A DNA stretch of 64,000 nt from Eledone cirrhosa (Eukaryota), in NCBI GenBank assembly GCA_964016885.1, contig OZ024745.1:86056001-86120000 (forward strand), given 5' to 3'. The notes below the pieces were generated by a model, which had not been told where the DNA came from, searched no databases, and saw only the letters and a program-made list of their open reading frames with translations. Both the position numbers and the translations under genes were made by a program. Positions within the stretch are counted from its first letter, which is position 1. Each line of letters begins with the position of its first letter. This document shows positions 41,250 through 54,010 of this stretch, in pieces.

Positions 41250-42608
41250 TGTATTTTAGAAGTAAGTTGTATGGAAAAGGTGTATTTTGTTAGTGGAGCC
41301 AGCCCTTTATCACAATTGTCTTAAGATGCTACTAACAATGTACTATGAATATTAATTTTAATATTTTTGTTAGTTTTAAGTTGTTAGATATTTGAAGTTC
41401 CACAAAGCAAAAAGTTTTTATTTAAATCTATAAAACTTGACAATCGTATTGTTAGAGAAGAATCATCTATTAAGGTGTGACACTTGTGTTTACCTAGATA
41501 ATCTATTGTATAAATTGTTCTGAATAGAAATACAAAATAATCAATGCTTTTCATGTCTGAAGGTAAGTTAGTCCATTGTAAAAGAGAGGCGTCTGCTGTA
41601 AAGTTATTTGCTATTTGGATAGAATACAGTATTTGTACACCATTTTAATGAGTTTTAAATTAAGGAATGCTAGTTGACACCTTAATCAAATATTGGAAAT
41701 ACAAATATTGTTGACTACATATTTTTTTATAATTGTTATGGCATATGTTTGTTATATAATATATGAAACAGTAATCTATATTGAATAAGACAGTGCTAGG
41801 ACAGTACTAAAAAAAAAGGAAGAAGGGAGTGGAATAATAAAGAGGAAAAAAACCGAGAGAAGACCTGCATACTCAATCACATACCATAAGGGGCACTGAA
41901 GCCTTGCTCTAATAATTTTTGAGGCAAGCCATCACACTTGCAGTATTGCCACAGTTGATAGCAAGGCTAAGGTGCTAGAATAACCAAGCACCCTCATAGG
42001 CATCTCCTGATACCTTGGTATGGTGAGCTGCCAATGATAAGAACTTCATTGTCAGCAGACCAGCTCCCTTAAATGCCTTGAACACTACTGGCTGGAAAAG
42101 AAGTTTACCAATAATTCTTGTTATTTAAGAATTTTCTTTCATTTAGTTTTGGATGCAGTGAGCTTCATCTTTGTATTTAGGATATAGGAAGAAGTTAGAA
42201 GAGTTGCTGACTAGCATTCCAAATGAGATAATGTATAATTGGCAGCAAATTCGTTTTCCTTGTCATTTGACAAATTCTGTGAAACTGGTTAAGGAAACCA
42301 GCACTCTCTGAAATGCTGCTAGCTCACCAACTAGATTGTCAATTGAAAGAGAATTTCTCTAAAATTGGTTGATCAACTTCCATTTATTTCTGAAACTTAA
42401 ATATATTTTGTATGTGATTGTGGAAAGAAGGTTGGGCATTGTTAATGTAACTGAAGGAATGGCTATAACCAAGATTTGAAATTAATTTGTGAGTTTGCTT
42501 CTTCATTGATTTGAATTTAAAACATTTTCACTGGTTTTAATAGAATTCAGTATCATCATCAACATCATCGCATGTTTATTTTTTATTCTTGTATAGGTTA
42601 GACAGGCT

Positions 42609-42741
42609 GTCACATTACGCTAGACGGGTCACATTACGCTAGACGGGTCACATTACGCTAGACGGGTCACATTACGCTAGACGGGTCACATTACGCTAGA
42701 CGGGTCACATTACGCTAGACGGGTCACATTACACTAGACAG
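42609..42741. repeat. 19-bp minisatellite x7
   Basis: GTCACATTACGCTAGACGG in near-perfect tandem, with no spacers. Confidence 0.97.
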
Positions 42742-43797
42742 GTTCACATCCTGCTCATATGATTCATGTTTTGGCTTGGTTTTCTATGGCTGGATACCCT
42801 TCCTAATACCAATCACGTTAAAAAAGTGTACTGAGGGCTTTTTTCATGGAACCAGCATTATCACTTTACAGGGTGGACTGGATGTTTTTGTTTATCTTTG
42901 TCATGGTACCAGTAGACCACCCTACAAGGTGGACTGGATTACTTTTTTGTCACGGCACTAACATGAATACCTTACAGGGCAGACTGGGTGTTTTTTGTTT
43001 GTATTGTGGCGCCAGCACTACTGAAAGGAAAAAAGGAAAGTAGTTAATTGTCTGATCAGATCAACGAAATAATGTTTCCATTGAAACATGAAATAAAGGA
43101 CTTTGCTCAAGAACACAATACACCATTCTGTCCAGGAATCAAACCTATGACCTTATGATCCTGAGACCAAACACTAGCATAATAGAAATATATTTTATGT
43201 TTAATATTGTGATTGGGATGTTTATATAGACTTTGTCACAACAGAATTGTCAGTTTTCATGGCTGACTTTAACCCACTTTCACTGTTTTGTATTTGTTTT
43301 AAGATTGGTATTATCATTTGACATCCGTTTCCCAATGTAGCATGGATTGGCTGATTGTCAAGTCTGGCACCACATGTCACTGTCATGTGGTATATATTGG
43401 CAACAGAGAAAAACCAGGCTTACTATGTTACTGTCCTGTGTCATATTATTTTAGGCCTGCTTTTTTACAGCTGGATGCCCTTCCTATTGCCAGCAACTTT
43501 ACAACTTAACATACCACTGGCACTTACTTACTTTACTTGTGGTGCCTTTCACCTGGGGTGGGTTGAGCCAGCTCCATTGAAGGAATTCATGGTGTAAGTT
43601 CATTTCAATGGAGTTTCTTTGGGCGATTGGTTTCACAAGCAGTGCCCAGCTGCAAGTATATGCACTTTAGGATAGTGCAATCCAAACATTGCATCAGGTA
43701 TAGTGCCGAGCTCTTATTTTCACAACCAACCCAATTTAGTGGAGCCAGTGCCGCAACGGTGACACATAGGGAGTTTGGCCGGAAAAGGGGATAAAAA

Positions 43798-43960
43798 CAA
43801 CCTATTTGAGCCATTTTGTAGGCTAGCAAGAGCTCACCCCACTGTCCAGCTCAGGTATACCAACCTTAGGCACTGGAAATAAACATAACCTATTTGAGCC
43901 ATTTTGTAGGCCACCAGGAGCTCACCACACTGTCCAAGCTCAGGTATACCGACCCTTGGC
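43798..43960. repeat. ~88-bp tandem duplication
   Basis: AACCTATTTGAGCCATTTTGTAGGC...GCTCAGGTATACC occurs twice. Confidence 0.85.
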
Positions 43961-44437
43961 ACCATTGGCACAAGAGAGATTGATAAACCAAGAAAACATC
44001 TTTCTCATTGAAAAACAATTGTTTACTAAAAGACAGGCCTGCTGTCAGACTTTAGTGTTTGGAGGGATTTCAGAACATTCTGGGTGTACGCTCTTTCACA
44101 AGGAACATATTTTTTAAAGACCATTTTCTAAATCTGAGGTGGCACCATTGAAAAGTGTGTGGGAGGTGGGGAAGAATTCCATCTAGTGTCCCATCCACCA
44201 TCTCGGCAATGGGCTCGCTGAAACATTTTGTATCTATTGCATGGACTTATGATTTTCTATCCTGTTATGTCATACAGAAATGAAATTAAATATGGGGAAC
44301 TTTATATGAAAAATTGCCTCTTTTTTCTTTTTTCTTTCTTTTTTCTTATTTTCTTTTTTCTTTTTTTCTTTTTATTTCTTTTTTCACTTTTTTCTTTTTT
44401 TCCTTTTTTCTTTCTCTTTTTGTTTTTTTAATGTTTT

Positions 44438-45107
44438 TCTTCTTCTCCCCACACTTATTCCTGAGAGGGTTGTGAGGGCAGAGTCCTCAAATACTCCTTC
44501 CAGCAGGTCCTGTCAGAAGCAACCGTCTCCATCTGCCCCAGCTGGATCCCCCAGCGAGACCAGCCAAGCTCATGGATAATATTTAACCTTTTCATTGATA
44601 AAAATCAAGTGTATTGTCTGTGACGATCAGATAATTGCTGTAAGAGTAACAGCACTGACCTCATAATTGTCATTTAGTTTTAGTCTTGTATGTTATTATA
44701 GCCACTGTGCTAATTTTCCAGTATTTTGCAAGTATATGCTCTCTGCATTTGTTGCTGTTGTGTAGTTTACATGAATTTCTCAATTTCCTTCTTCCACATT
44801 CCAAAGTTTTATTATATTTATTTATTTGCTTTAATTTGTTTTCAAATCAGACATGAACACTTGATCAAATTTCTGTTGTCGCTACTACTTGTCCTATCAT
44901 TATTTTTCTTACCAACTCTGCTGGTAAATCCCCCCCCCCCCCCACACACACAAGCATGGGGGTTGGGTACATCCATGAGCTTGGCTGATCTCGCTTGGGG
45001 ATCCAGCCAGATCATTTGGAGATGCTAGCTTCTGACAGGACCTGTTGGAAGAAGTGTTTGAGGACTCTTCCCCATGACCCTCTCGGGAATAAGTGGCTGA
45101 AGAAGAA
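44438..45107. mobile_element. Two inverted copies of the (GAA)-tailed retroposon 3' end (44438-44578 -, 44955-45107 +)
   Basis: Reverse-complement similarity; end motif CCCTCTCRGGAATAAGTG..GAAGAAG. Confidence 0.75.
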
Positions 45108-45641
45108 CTGTGCTCGATAACTTTAGGTTCTAGTTACCAACTTGTCTCAACCAAGTTCCATATCTAATTTTGCATTTTTTATAAGATAGTATTATTGTTT
45201 TATTCAATTTTTCCATGATTTTAAAAGTCGGCTAATATACAAAGTCATGAATTACACTTCTACTCTTTGGGTCTCGAATAATGTATATTTGAAAGGAAAG
45301 CAAGTAAGGTATCTATCCGACAAATCTATATCTAACTGTTTAGCTGCAGGCAGGACATGTTATTTACACAAGACATAAATGACACCAGCTGCCCAACCAA
45401 GGTCAATGTAAAGATATGTGGCAACACACACACACACACGTTACAGGGTTTTGCATAGTTTTCATCCCCCAAATTTTACTTACATTTTCAGGCTATAGTA
45501 GAAGATACTTGCTCAAGGTGCCACATTTTAGGATTGAATCTCAAACCATGTGGTTGCATTGTGAGCTTCTTAACCACACAACAATTTCTACACCTTTTTA
45601 TTAATTGAAAATAAATGTTATCAAATTATTCTGTAAAGTTG

Positions 45642-46372
45642 TTAGCCCTTTAGTTGCCAACCTGATCAAAACCAGTTCTGGTTCTATGAAATATAACCAT
45701 TTTTAAAGAGTTCCAATTTAAATAAAAATCTTCCAACATAATTCTATATAAGAACTTTACATTAAGTTACTATCTAAACTATAATAAAGTAAAGAGTGCG
45801 GGACTGCGTACGGTTTATTTTTTTTAATCCAGTTAGTAAAATAAGTTGGATTACTTTGAATAAATAATGAATGAATATTAAATAATTTATCTACTAAATT
45901 TAGTAGCTGTTGATTAAATATATTTTATTCCTTATTTAAAGATTCGCTTTAAAATTTTCAAATGTCAACACTTCCAGTTAGCGATCGCTTAAATAAACAT
46001 TCATATATTTCCGTCACTAATTTTCTCCTAATGCAATTTATATATAATATCGTCTCTTTTAAATGTATCATGGATTATGTTACTGATTACATAAGAGACT
46101 GTAACGTAGTCTTCGTTCAATTTCTGTGTATATTGTCAATTACGATTTTATTTGATGTATCATATCTACATGTATATATACTCGCATATAATATCAATAT
46201 ACACACTACACATGCTAGCAGAAAAACCACCCTTCAGGTGGTTTTCTGCTAGCATGTTTTTCTGCTAGTCTTAGTAATGAAATAATTAATAATGTAAGTA
46301 AATCTCTCAAAATTTTAAAATAATTAATTAAAATAGTGTATTCCATTAGCAATGTGGTCATGAAAGTGTTAA
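45642..46372 (+). mobile_element. piggyBac-type MITE family A interrupted by a Helitron
   Basis: The flanking halves join to the family sequence AAGTTACTA|TCTTAGTAATG. Confidence 0.85.
45773..46268 (+). mobile_element. Non-autonomous Helitron (496 bp)
   Basis: A|TC start, hairpin 46210-46257, CTAG|T end, no TSD; empty site visible at ~15061-15080. Confidence 0.9.
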
Positions 46373-46562
46373 CCAAGGTTATTTTCTGAAGTAACCCACA
46401 TAGCCAGCACTCTATGTAAGACTTCAACTTTTAAGTTGTAGATCTGTTAAGTATTTGTACCATGTCATAATATTCAAGACTCAAATGTTGGTTGTGGTGT
46501 AATTTAACTGTTTCATGCAGACCTACAACAGTTCTGTTATTTTCATTTATTATTAATAAAAC

Positions 46563-46985
46563 GGCGGTGGATTGGCAGTATCGGTAGAGGATCGGACGCC
46601 TTGCTTTCCAGCATAGTTACGTCCCTTTACGATCTGAGTTCAAATTCCGCCGAGGTTGACTTTGCCTTTCATCCTTACGGGGTCGATAAAATAAAGTACC
46701 AGTAATACACTGGTATTTGCTAGCCTTGTGCCTAAAGTAGAAACAATTATTAATAAAAGGGCGGTGGATTCGCAGTATCGGTAGAGCGTCGGACAACATG
46801 CTTTATGGCATAGGGTTATGCCCCGTTATGATCTGAGTTCAAATCCCACCAAGGTTAGCTTTTCCTTTCATCCTTACAGCGGTTCATAAATTAAAGTACC
46901 AGTAATGTACTGAGGTCGATTTACTAGACTTTCTCCTTCCCCAAAATATTGTTGGTATTTTGCCTAAATCAGAAACCATTATTAA
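46563..46985 (+). mobile_element. Head-to-tail pair of Nin-core SINEs
   Basis: GGCGGTGGATT heads at ~46563 and ~46760, each with B-box, core and tail. Confidence 0.88.
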
Positions 46986-47728
46986 TTGTTTTGTTTGATT
47001 GATTTTTGCAAGAATTTTAGAAGTTTGTAAAATTAATCTTCAGTTATCTTTGCCGTCTTTCCGATTCTATAAAGTTTGTTTTAACATTCTGATATCAAAC
47101 CACCTGAAACTGCTCCTGGTTCTATGATACAAAGCTTTGCTTTCAAGTCTTTATTTTTTAATATAAATCTTCCATCTTAATTTTATGCAAGAAATTTTTG
47201 TAAAGTTGTTGTTGAAACTTCAGCTTGAAAATAAAAAGTAACGAATGAGTTATTACTAAATCCTAAAAATACTGGATTATTTTCAAAATTTTTATAAACC
47301 ATAGACAGCGTATTTCAGTGGAAATATGTGCTAACATGGTAAAGGATATCATTCTACACTTATCTGTACTTCTTTAGTTGCAGACATTTATTATTTCACA
47401 ACTTAAGTGTCTTTTATTGTTTGGTACCTGTGAAACCAGAAATAAACATCAGATTAAAATCAATTGTATTAGTTACACTAGTTTTAAAAATAGAATTAAC
47501 TCTAAATGTCCTGTACTTCATGAGACCACTTTAACAAGACATTCTTGAAAAGTACCAAACAGCTTTATGATCGCAACACATTCAAAATTTAAATCTTTAT
47601 TTTAGTTTATGGCAAACTTTCTCAACTATCTGTGAATTAGTGAAGATGATATATACATTTAATAATATATATGTATTTATAAACTTGTTTTTATATATTT
47701 TCTGCTAAATCATACAGGATGTTAAGAG

Positions 47729-47957
47729 TTAACCCTTTAGCATTTAGATTACTCTGTATTTGCTATTATATTTTCTTGGTAAAGGTTTTATATCACATAA
47801 TTATCTCGCGTAATATCGAATCTTTGAGAGTTTGATGTTGTTTATTTTGAGAACAATACCTTAATATCAAAATGAGTGGCCAGTTACGGCCGGTTTGAAC
47901 AAGAAGAGGTGAGAGATTTCTGGCCAGATATGGTTGGTTTAAATGCTAAAGGGTTAA
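47729..47957 (-). mobile_element. piggyBac-type MITE family B
   Basis: Perfect TTAACCCTTTAGCATTTA / TAAATGCTAAAGGGTTAA ends. Confidence 0.92.
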
Positions 47958-48064
47958 ATATTCATTGACTGTTTTTTTCTTAGTTTCACTAGATTTTTAA
48001 AAACTTTTTAAAGAAAAATTGACTGGTTAAGATCATTGAAACATTATATAATTTCTACTTACAG

Positions 48065-48164
48065 ATTTGTTGGCAGTGTAGTAGTGCCATTGCAGAATTT
48101 GATAAATGCAAAAACACAGGAACTCAATGTTACACTCAAAGATAGTAGTAAAAGTCCTATCCCT
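48065..48164 (+). CDS. MYOF: Ferlin internal exon, C2A domain (continued)
   Basis: TACAG acceptor, GTAAGT donor; phase 2 completes the K codon of the previous exon; FVGSVVVPLQNLINAKTQELNVTLKDSSKSPIP. Confidence 0.88.
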
Positions 48165-48471
48165 GTAAGTATATATTTAAAATAACTTTGTTAAACAATG
48201 GCTCTAGTAGACTCTTCTGTTGTATCAAAGACATAACAACCTCTCTAATGCTGGTGCCACAATAAAATGCGTTTTCGACATACTCTGTAGTGTGTAGGGA
48301 ATGTGTGTAAATGAGATGCAGCTCCTAGCCCATCTGAGTGGTCAATAGCTCTAATTAAGTATAGATATGTTGGTCTTTTGTTATGTTCCAAAGAAACAAA
48401 CTTGTATTCATAACAGTTTGATGTTTTTAAAATGTTATCTCAGATATATCTGCCAATAAGGCTGGGATCCT

Positions 48472-49534
48472 TTAATCCTTCAAACCGCCCAAAACCGGCT
48501 GAAATTATTTCCCCTCCATTTGTTCAAACCGCCTGAAACCAGCCGATAACACCCACACTAAAATATCGTTCTAAAAAATAAACAAACTATCATCAAAATC
48601 TCGTCAATTCGATAATTACTGCGAGATTAGGCCCTTACCATGAAAATTAACACTTAATATAGTGAAACAACTTAAAACAACATTAGTTTTTTTAACATTG
48701 AAAGTAGAACATATTTTTTGTGTATCAACATGGCTTGTGAAAGTAGCGATACCGACTTTGAAGTTTTTACACACAATGACATTCAGAATGAACAAGAAAC
48801 AAAAGATAATATTAGTGATTTATCTTCAAATGAATCAGATGTTTACATTTCTGAAATTTCTTCCGACGATGATTGTTGTTTTGAAAGTGAAAACGGAGAT
48901 CTCCAGGACGCCATTGAAAATATTACAGCAACGTGGTTGAAAAATATCACACCAATATATGTTCCCAATTTTATTCAAAATACTGATCCACAACACACAT
49001 TAGCTCCCGATGCTAAAGCACTGGATTATTTCTTTGTTTTTACCACAAACTTTCTTCGAAGTTGTGGCAGAAGAGATTAATCGATATGCTCAACAACAGA
49101 TTTCAAATCGAGGAAAACCCGATCTGTTTGGCGACCGACAGATGCTGCAAGCATTTTTTACCGTAAATATTATGTTCGGTATAAAACAATTTCCAAGACT
49201 GTGGAATTACTGGAGCACTGATATAAGGTTTAGTGATCCTTATATATTGCCGAAAACAACGTATTTAAATTAAACCAGTATTTGCACCTGGTTGATACTT
49301 CAAATGCCCCTATTAATTAATTTCACCTGCCCATAAAAGTCAAATTTAACCAAAAAAAATCAGGTAAAATTATATAATTGTAAATTATTGATATTTAAAC
49401 ATCTACTGACAAAATTTCAAGCCTGCACATAGAAAAGTAAAAAAATTGATAACCCTCTTGAGTATGATTAACTCAAAATAATGCGAACAGATAAGCATGA
49501 CATTTGAAAATTAATGCAAATGCTAAAGGGTTAA
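48472..49534 (+). mobile_element. Internally deleted piggyBac with N-terminal transposase remnant
   Basis: TTAA at both ends; acidic N-terminus then ALDYFF..FFEVVAEEINRYAQQ..AFFTVNIMFGIKQFPRLWNYWSTD (piggyBac DDE_Tnp_1_7-type); left end homologous to family B MITEs. Confidence 0.88.
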
Positions 49535-51988
49535 ATACTTTGTTGAAGATCTACCAACTGTAAACAAGATCTTTGTATACATAGAGGTTACAAAAAGACT
49601 CAACAACAAACACTTTTAAACTGGTTTTAGCTGCCTTTGTTTTCCAATTTATCTTTATCTTTTTTTTTATGCTTCTTAGATATATCTGCCAATAAGGCTG
49701 GGGCCCTTTAAATTCTTTCTTGAAGAGGAAGATCAATACAATGTTTAGTAGCTAAGTTTCTGTTATAAATAATTTAGTCAAATTCTAGAAATTCTCTAAA
49801 TTCGGTAAAGAATTTCCCTACTAATTAATCTTCTGGGCACTCTAGGTGCATTATGTTGCCAATAGAGTAATCTCCCCTTAATACATAATGCAGTGTCAAG
49901 GGAAGCAATTCATAAAAAAATTCAGCATGCTAAAGGTTAAGGCAGATAACAAACTTTGCTTTCATTTGATGATTTGAAGTTTAGTTAATTTGTTCTATGT
50001 TTGTATGTTTATATAGGGTAAATCTTGCAGTTCTGAATTAGCTGACTTTTGTATTTGCATCAATACTCATAAGTGATCTTATTCTCAGTGGTGTGACTTT
50101 TAACATAAATGATATAACCCAAAATATCATTTAAAAAAAAAACAAGTTAATAAACACGACCTTTGTGTATTGAATCTGATTCCTTTTGTCATTTAAATAT
50201 AGGTTGTTTATACAGAAGCTCCAGGAGCAAATTGGAAGCTTATATTTCCAAATAAAATAGTTTTTTTTTGGGGGGGGGGAGGGAGGGGGGGTTTAATGTT
50301 AATAATACAGAAATGAATATCAAGTCAAATATTTGAAATAAGAAATATTAGTTTGATGAAGTCAAGTTATTAGATGTTTCAGTTTTAAGTAGATTCAGCT
50401 CCAGTCAGCAATGTTTGCTAACTACTTTTTAGTTGTACTATGTTTGTAAAGTAGAGCTGATTTATATGAAATTCTGCTTTGAATAAATGTTTGGGTTTTG
50501 GGTTTCCTATTTAAGACAAATTATTTTGCCGATGTCATAAGATCATACAATTATTTTAACATTGCACATTTATATATGTCATATAACTAATCCATCTTCA
50601 TTATTTTAAATTGGATTTTTTTTTTACATTATGATCAGGGAGGGAAAGCCTCTGCTCATGACTCTCTTCAGGGCCTCTGAGACTGATAGGAAAGAAAAGA
50701 GAGGTGTCCTTAAACTAGAAACTTGGTCTAATGCTTACAGTAGAGTGAATTCTGCTAAAGATACCCAAGGACCAAGGGGCAGTGTTAAATCAGGCAACTG
50801 ATTAAATCTACAATCCATTTAGGCCCACAGCATGATTTGGATTCAGAAGACAGAGCCAGAACAAATACCATAACAATATCCAGAACAAATACCATAGCAA
50901 TATCCAATGCCCTAACAATTCCACCAATCCACTGCTCTAGATTGGTACTTTATTTTATTGACCTTAAAAGGATAAAAGGCAAAATTCACCTCTGTGTGAT
51001 TTGAACTCGGAGCACAGATAACTATAACAAACATTCCAAGGCAATTTACCCATTACTCTAAAGACTCTGCCAATTTTCCACCTATCACTGCTGTTTAAAA
51101 ATGAGTAGAAAGCAGATTGTCAGTAGGTAAACCACCCATGGAAATAAAATCATTCTGTGGAAACTGGTATGCCCTGGAGTCATTGGGTGTTTCAAGTCTT
51201 TCAACATCATACAGGTGACCAGGCTCTGATTTGATTTCCAGCAGCAACCACACAAGGATCAACCCTTTTAATCCAACATTATTGGGTGACTTTCTCTACA
51301 GCTTTGTTCATGAATTGAATGGTTCTCCTCTTTGCTACTTCTGTAAAGCACAATTGGTTGAGTCACAACTTGCTGAGTCACCGTCCTACAAAACCTCAAC
51401 AGCCCACCTCAAAAGGCTTACATTGTTCTAGCGCAAGTGTATTGATTCAGCACTGTAGTGGTAGTGGAGAGTAGGTGATAGCTACATAGAAAAGAAAGTG
51501 GTGGGGAGGGGGGCAGACAAACAGTAAACTAAACAACAGGTAAAGCATGCAATGATTCTGATGCCATCTGTTCACATAATGTCCTTACACCTTTAATCAA
51601 ATGTCACAAATCAAATGTAATTTATTGAATATTTCAAAGTATAATTTACATAATAAATTGACTTAATAAATTCATCAAAATCATTTTTAAAACGTTTACA
51701 GATGGAGTCTAGGGTTACAGAAATGTCTGTAATGAAAAATTTATAGGAATTGTACTTTAAAACTAAATATAAGAGAGAGAACCTAAGTGTTATGAAGTCT
51801 TTATGTAGCTGTTTGAGTAATTGGCAAAATGAATGTTATGCAGTCTTTTCACTCTTTCATGACTGCATTTCTAATAAAATACACTTTATTTTATTTAATA
51901 TATAAGGAAAAAAGAGTTGTATTTGTATAGATTTTGATCAACAGAAAATTCAAAACGACTGAAAGCCTTTTTTAAAATATTTTTTCAG

Positions 51989-52043
51989 GGTACTGTAAGA
52001 TTAAAGTTGGAATATATAGCACCACCAAGTGCTCAAGGAGGAT
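51989..52043 (+). CDS. MYOF: Ferlin internal exon, end of C2A
   Basis: TTTTTCAG acceptor, GTAAGC donor, phase 0 to 1; GTVRLKLEYIAPPSAQGG corresponds to myoferlin ATIDLVIGYDPP. Confidence 0.85.
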
Positions 52044-52115
52044 GTAAGCATCTATCAGTGTTTATTAAATTTTCATTCTAATTATATAAAACGTTTTTTA
52101 TTAAGTGTAGATAAT

Positions 52116-52296
52116 TGTTTCTACTTTTGGCACAAGGCCAGCAATTACCCAGTGTAGTACTTTATTTTATCGACCCCGTAAGGATGAAAGACAAAGTTAA
52201 CCTCGGCGGGATTTGAACTCAGAATGGCAAGGGCCGTAACTCTATGCGTCAAAGCATGGCGTCCGACCCTCTACTGATACTGCCAATCCACCGCCC
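52116..52296 (-). mobile_element. Nin-core SINE with 14-bp TSD
   Basis: TAAGTGTAGATAAT at 52102-52115 and 52297-52310. Confidence 0.92.
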
Positions 52297-52463
52297 TAAG
52301 TGTAGATAATGATTTCTTTTTTAGCCACTCAGGGCTGACATGAAGAAAACATTAAAGATGGCATAGGATGGTACAGGATCATACAATGTGGGGGGGGGGG
52401 GGGTGTAGACACTGTGAGAAACAGAAAATCTTTATTACTTTGCTAGCATCATTATTATCGTTT

Positions 52464-52628
52464 GGTGGATTGGCAGTATCGGTAGAGGGTTACGGCTCTT
52501 TATGGTCTGAGTTCAAATCCCGCCGAGGTTAACTTTGTGTTTCATCCTTACGGGGACGATAAAATAAAGTACCAGTAATACACTAGGATAATTGCTGGCC
52601 TTGTGCCTATAGTAGAAATCAATATTAT
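52464..52628 (+). mobile_element. Nin-core SINE
   Basis: Head, B-box, core and tail; inverted relative to the 52116 copy. Confidence 0.85.
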
Positions 52629-52924
52629 CGTTTTTATGGCTATTTTTTCCACGCGTGCATGGGTTGGGTGGGTCCTTTTCAGCACAGCATCTCTCCACTC
52701 CACCACGTTCTTTTGTCATTTCAACTCTCACCACCTCTGCTTTTCAAAATGAGGAAAAACTAAAGTGACTAAAAGGTTTTTAAATGTTTAAATTCAAACT
52801 TACAATCTGATAAATATACTGCTACTAACACTTTTAAATTTAGTCTCTTTTATGTATTGGTCACGTGGATGTTTAAGTTAATTGTTGTTGTGTGACCTAA
52901 GGTCATTTCTGACTCACAAATAGT

Positions 52925-53225
52925 TTGCTGAATATAATGAAATATTGTGTACAGTGCTCAGGTGCACTACAACTCATCAAAAAGTGTATGTATAATAAAA
53001 TAGGGTAATGTATAAATGTCAGGAAAATGAACAGTGTATGAGTCATGATATACACATGTGTGCATGTGTATGGAAGGGGTACATCAGGTGTAGTTTTGGC
53101 GAATTCCGGGAAGCATGAGGGTTTTAAAGGATGCAGTGTCTCGGCAGCTAACAACTGACGCAGGCAGTTTGTTCCATGCTTCAGCAACTCTGAGCATGAA
53201 AAAATGTTTCCGAAAGTCATGGGAA
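52925..53225 (-). mobile_element. CR1 3' fragment
   Basis: HDFRKHFFMLRVAEAWNKLP; reverse complement of ~56015-56305. Confidence 0.88.
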
Positions 53226-54010
53226 TGATTAAGTTCAATCAACAAATCTGTTGTTCTGTATGGCATGCCTCTACATAGCCAACAACTACACTGAATGCTA
53301 CTCTGATGTGCAATCATACAGTGTGCAGAGTGATGATATGGATGATATGATTGTTAGTTACTAAATGCCTATCGATTCAGTAGTGGCAACAGCAAGCAAG
53401 TTGAACTTAGTCAATATATAACAATTGTTGGTTTTCTACACTTAACAATGGTATCCTGCATCCTAGAACAGTTTTGTTGCGAATTGCATGTTAGTGTTTT
53501 GTTTTGGTTCATTGGATTGTGTGGAAGACAGAATTTTTCTTTTAATACTGTCCTATTAGTGTTGAATAAATTAAATGTATGTATCAACCTGTAACTCCTG
53601 ATGGAGCTGTTGGGGTGCTGTCTTGATATAGAGTATGTCTTAGGCACTCTGAACCTGACGTAGTCCATCCCCTCTCTTGGTTAAAACACAAGCTGATTTC
53701 TTTCAGAAAAGGAGAGAATGAGAAAGAGATAATGAAGAAGAATCGACCCCAGTATTGGACTGGTACTTTTTATTTTATCAACCATAAAAGTATGAAAGGT
53801 AAAGTTGACATCTGGAGGATTTGATGTTGTAACAACTCTGCCATTCTACTACACAGGTTGCATAAATTAATTTACATGAAAAGCAAAGCTGCATGTTAGT
53901 GAGCTAAGAAAGTAGCTGTGTATTACAAAAGGTATTGGACAATATCAGCAGGGAGGCAGCTGTAATGTTGTAGACATGGATGGATATATCACTCTTGCTA
54001 GCTGGAAGTC

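Noticed and set aside
42609-42741. Regular short repeats resembling a CRISPR array
   Set aside because: Contiguous 19-bp units with no spacers, no cas genes, and a eukaryotic context.
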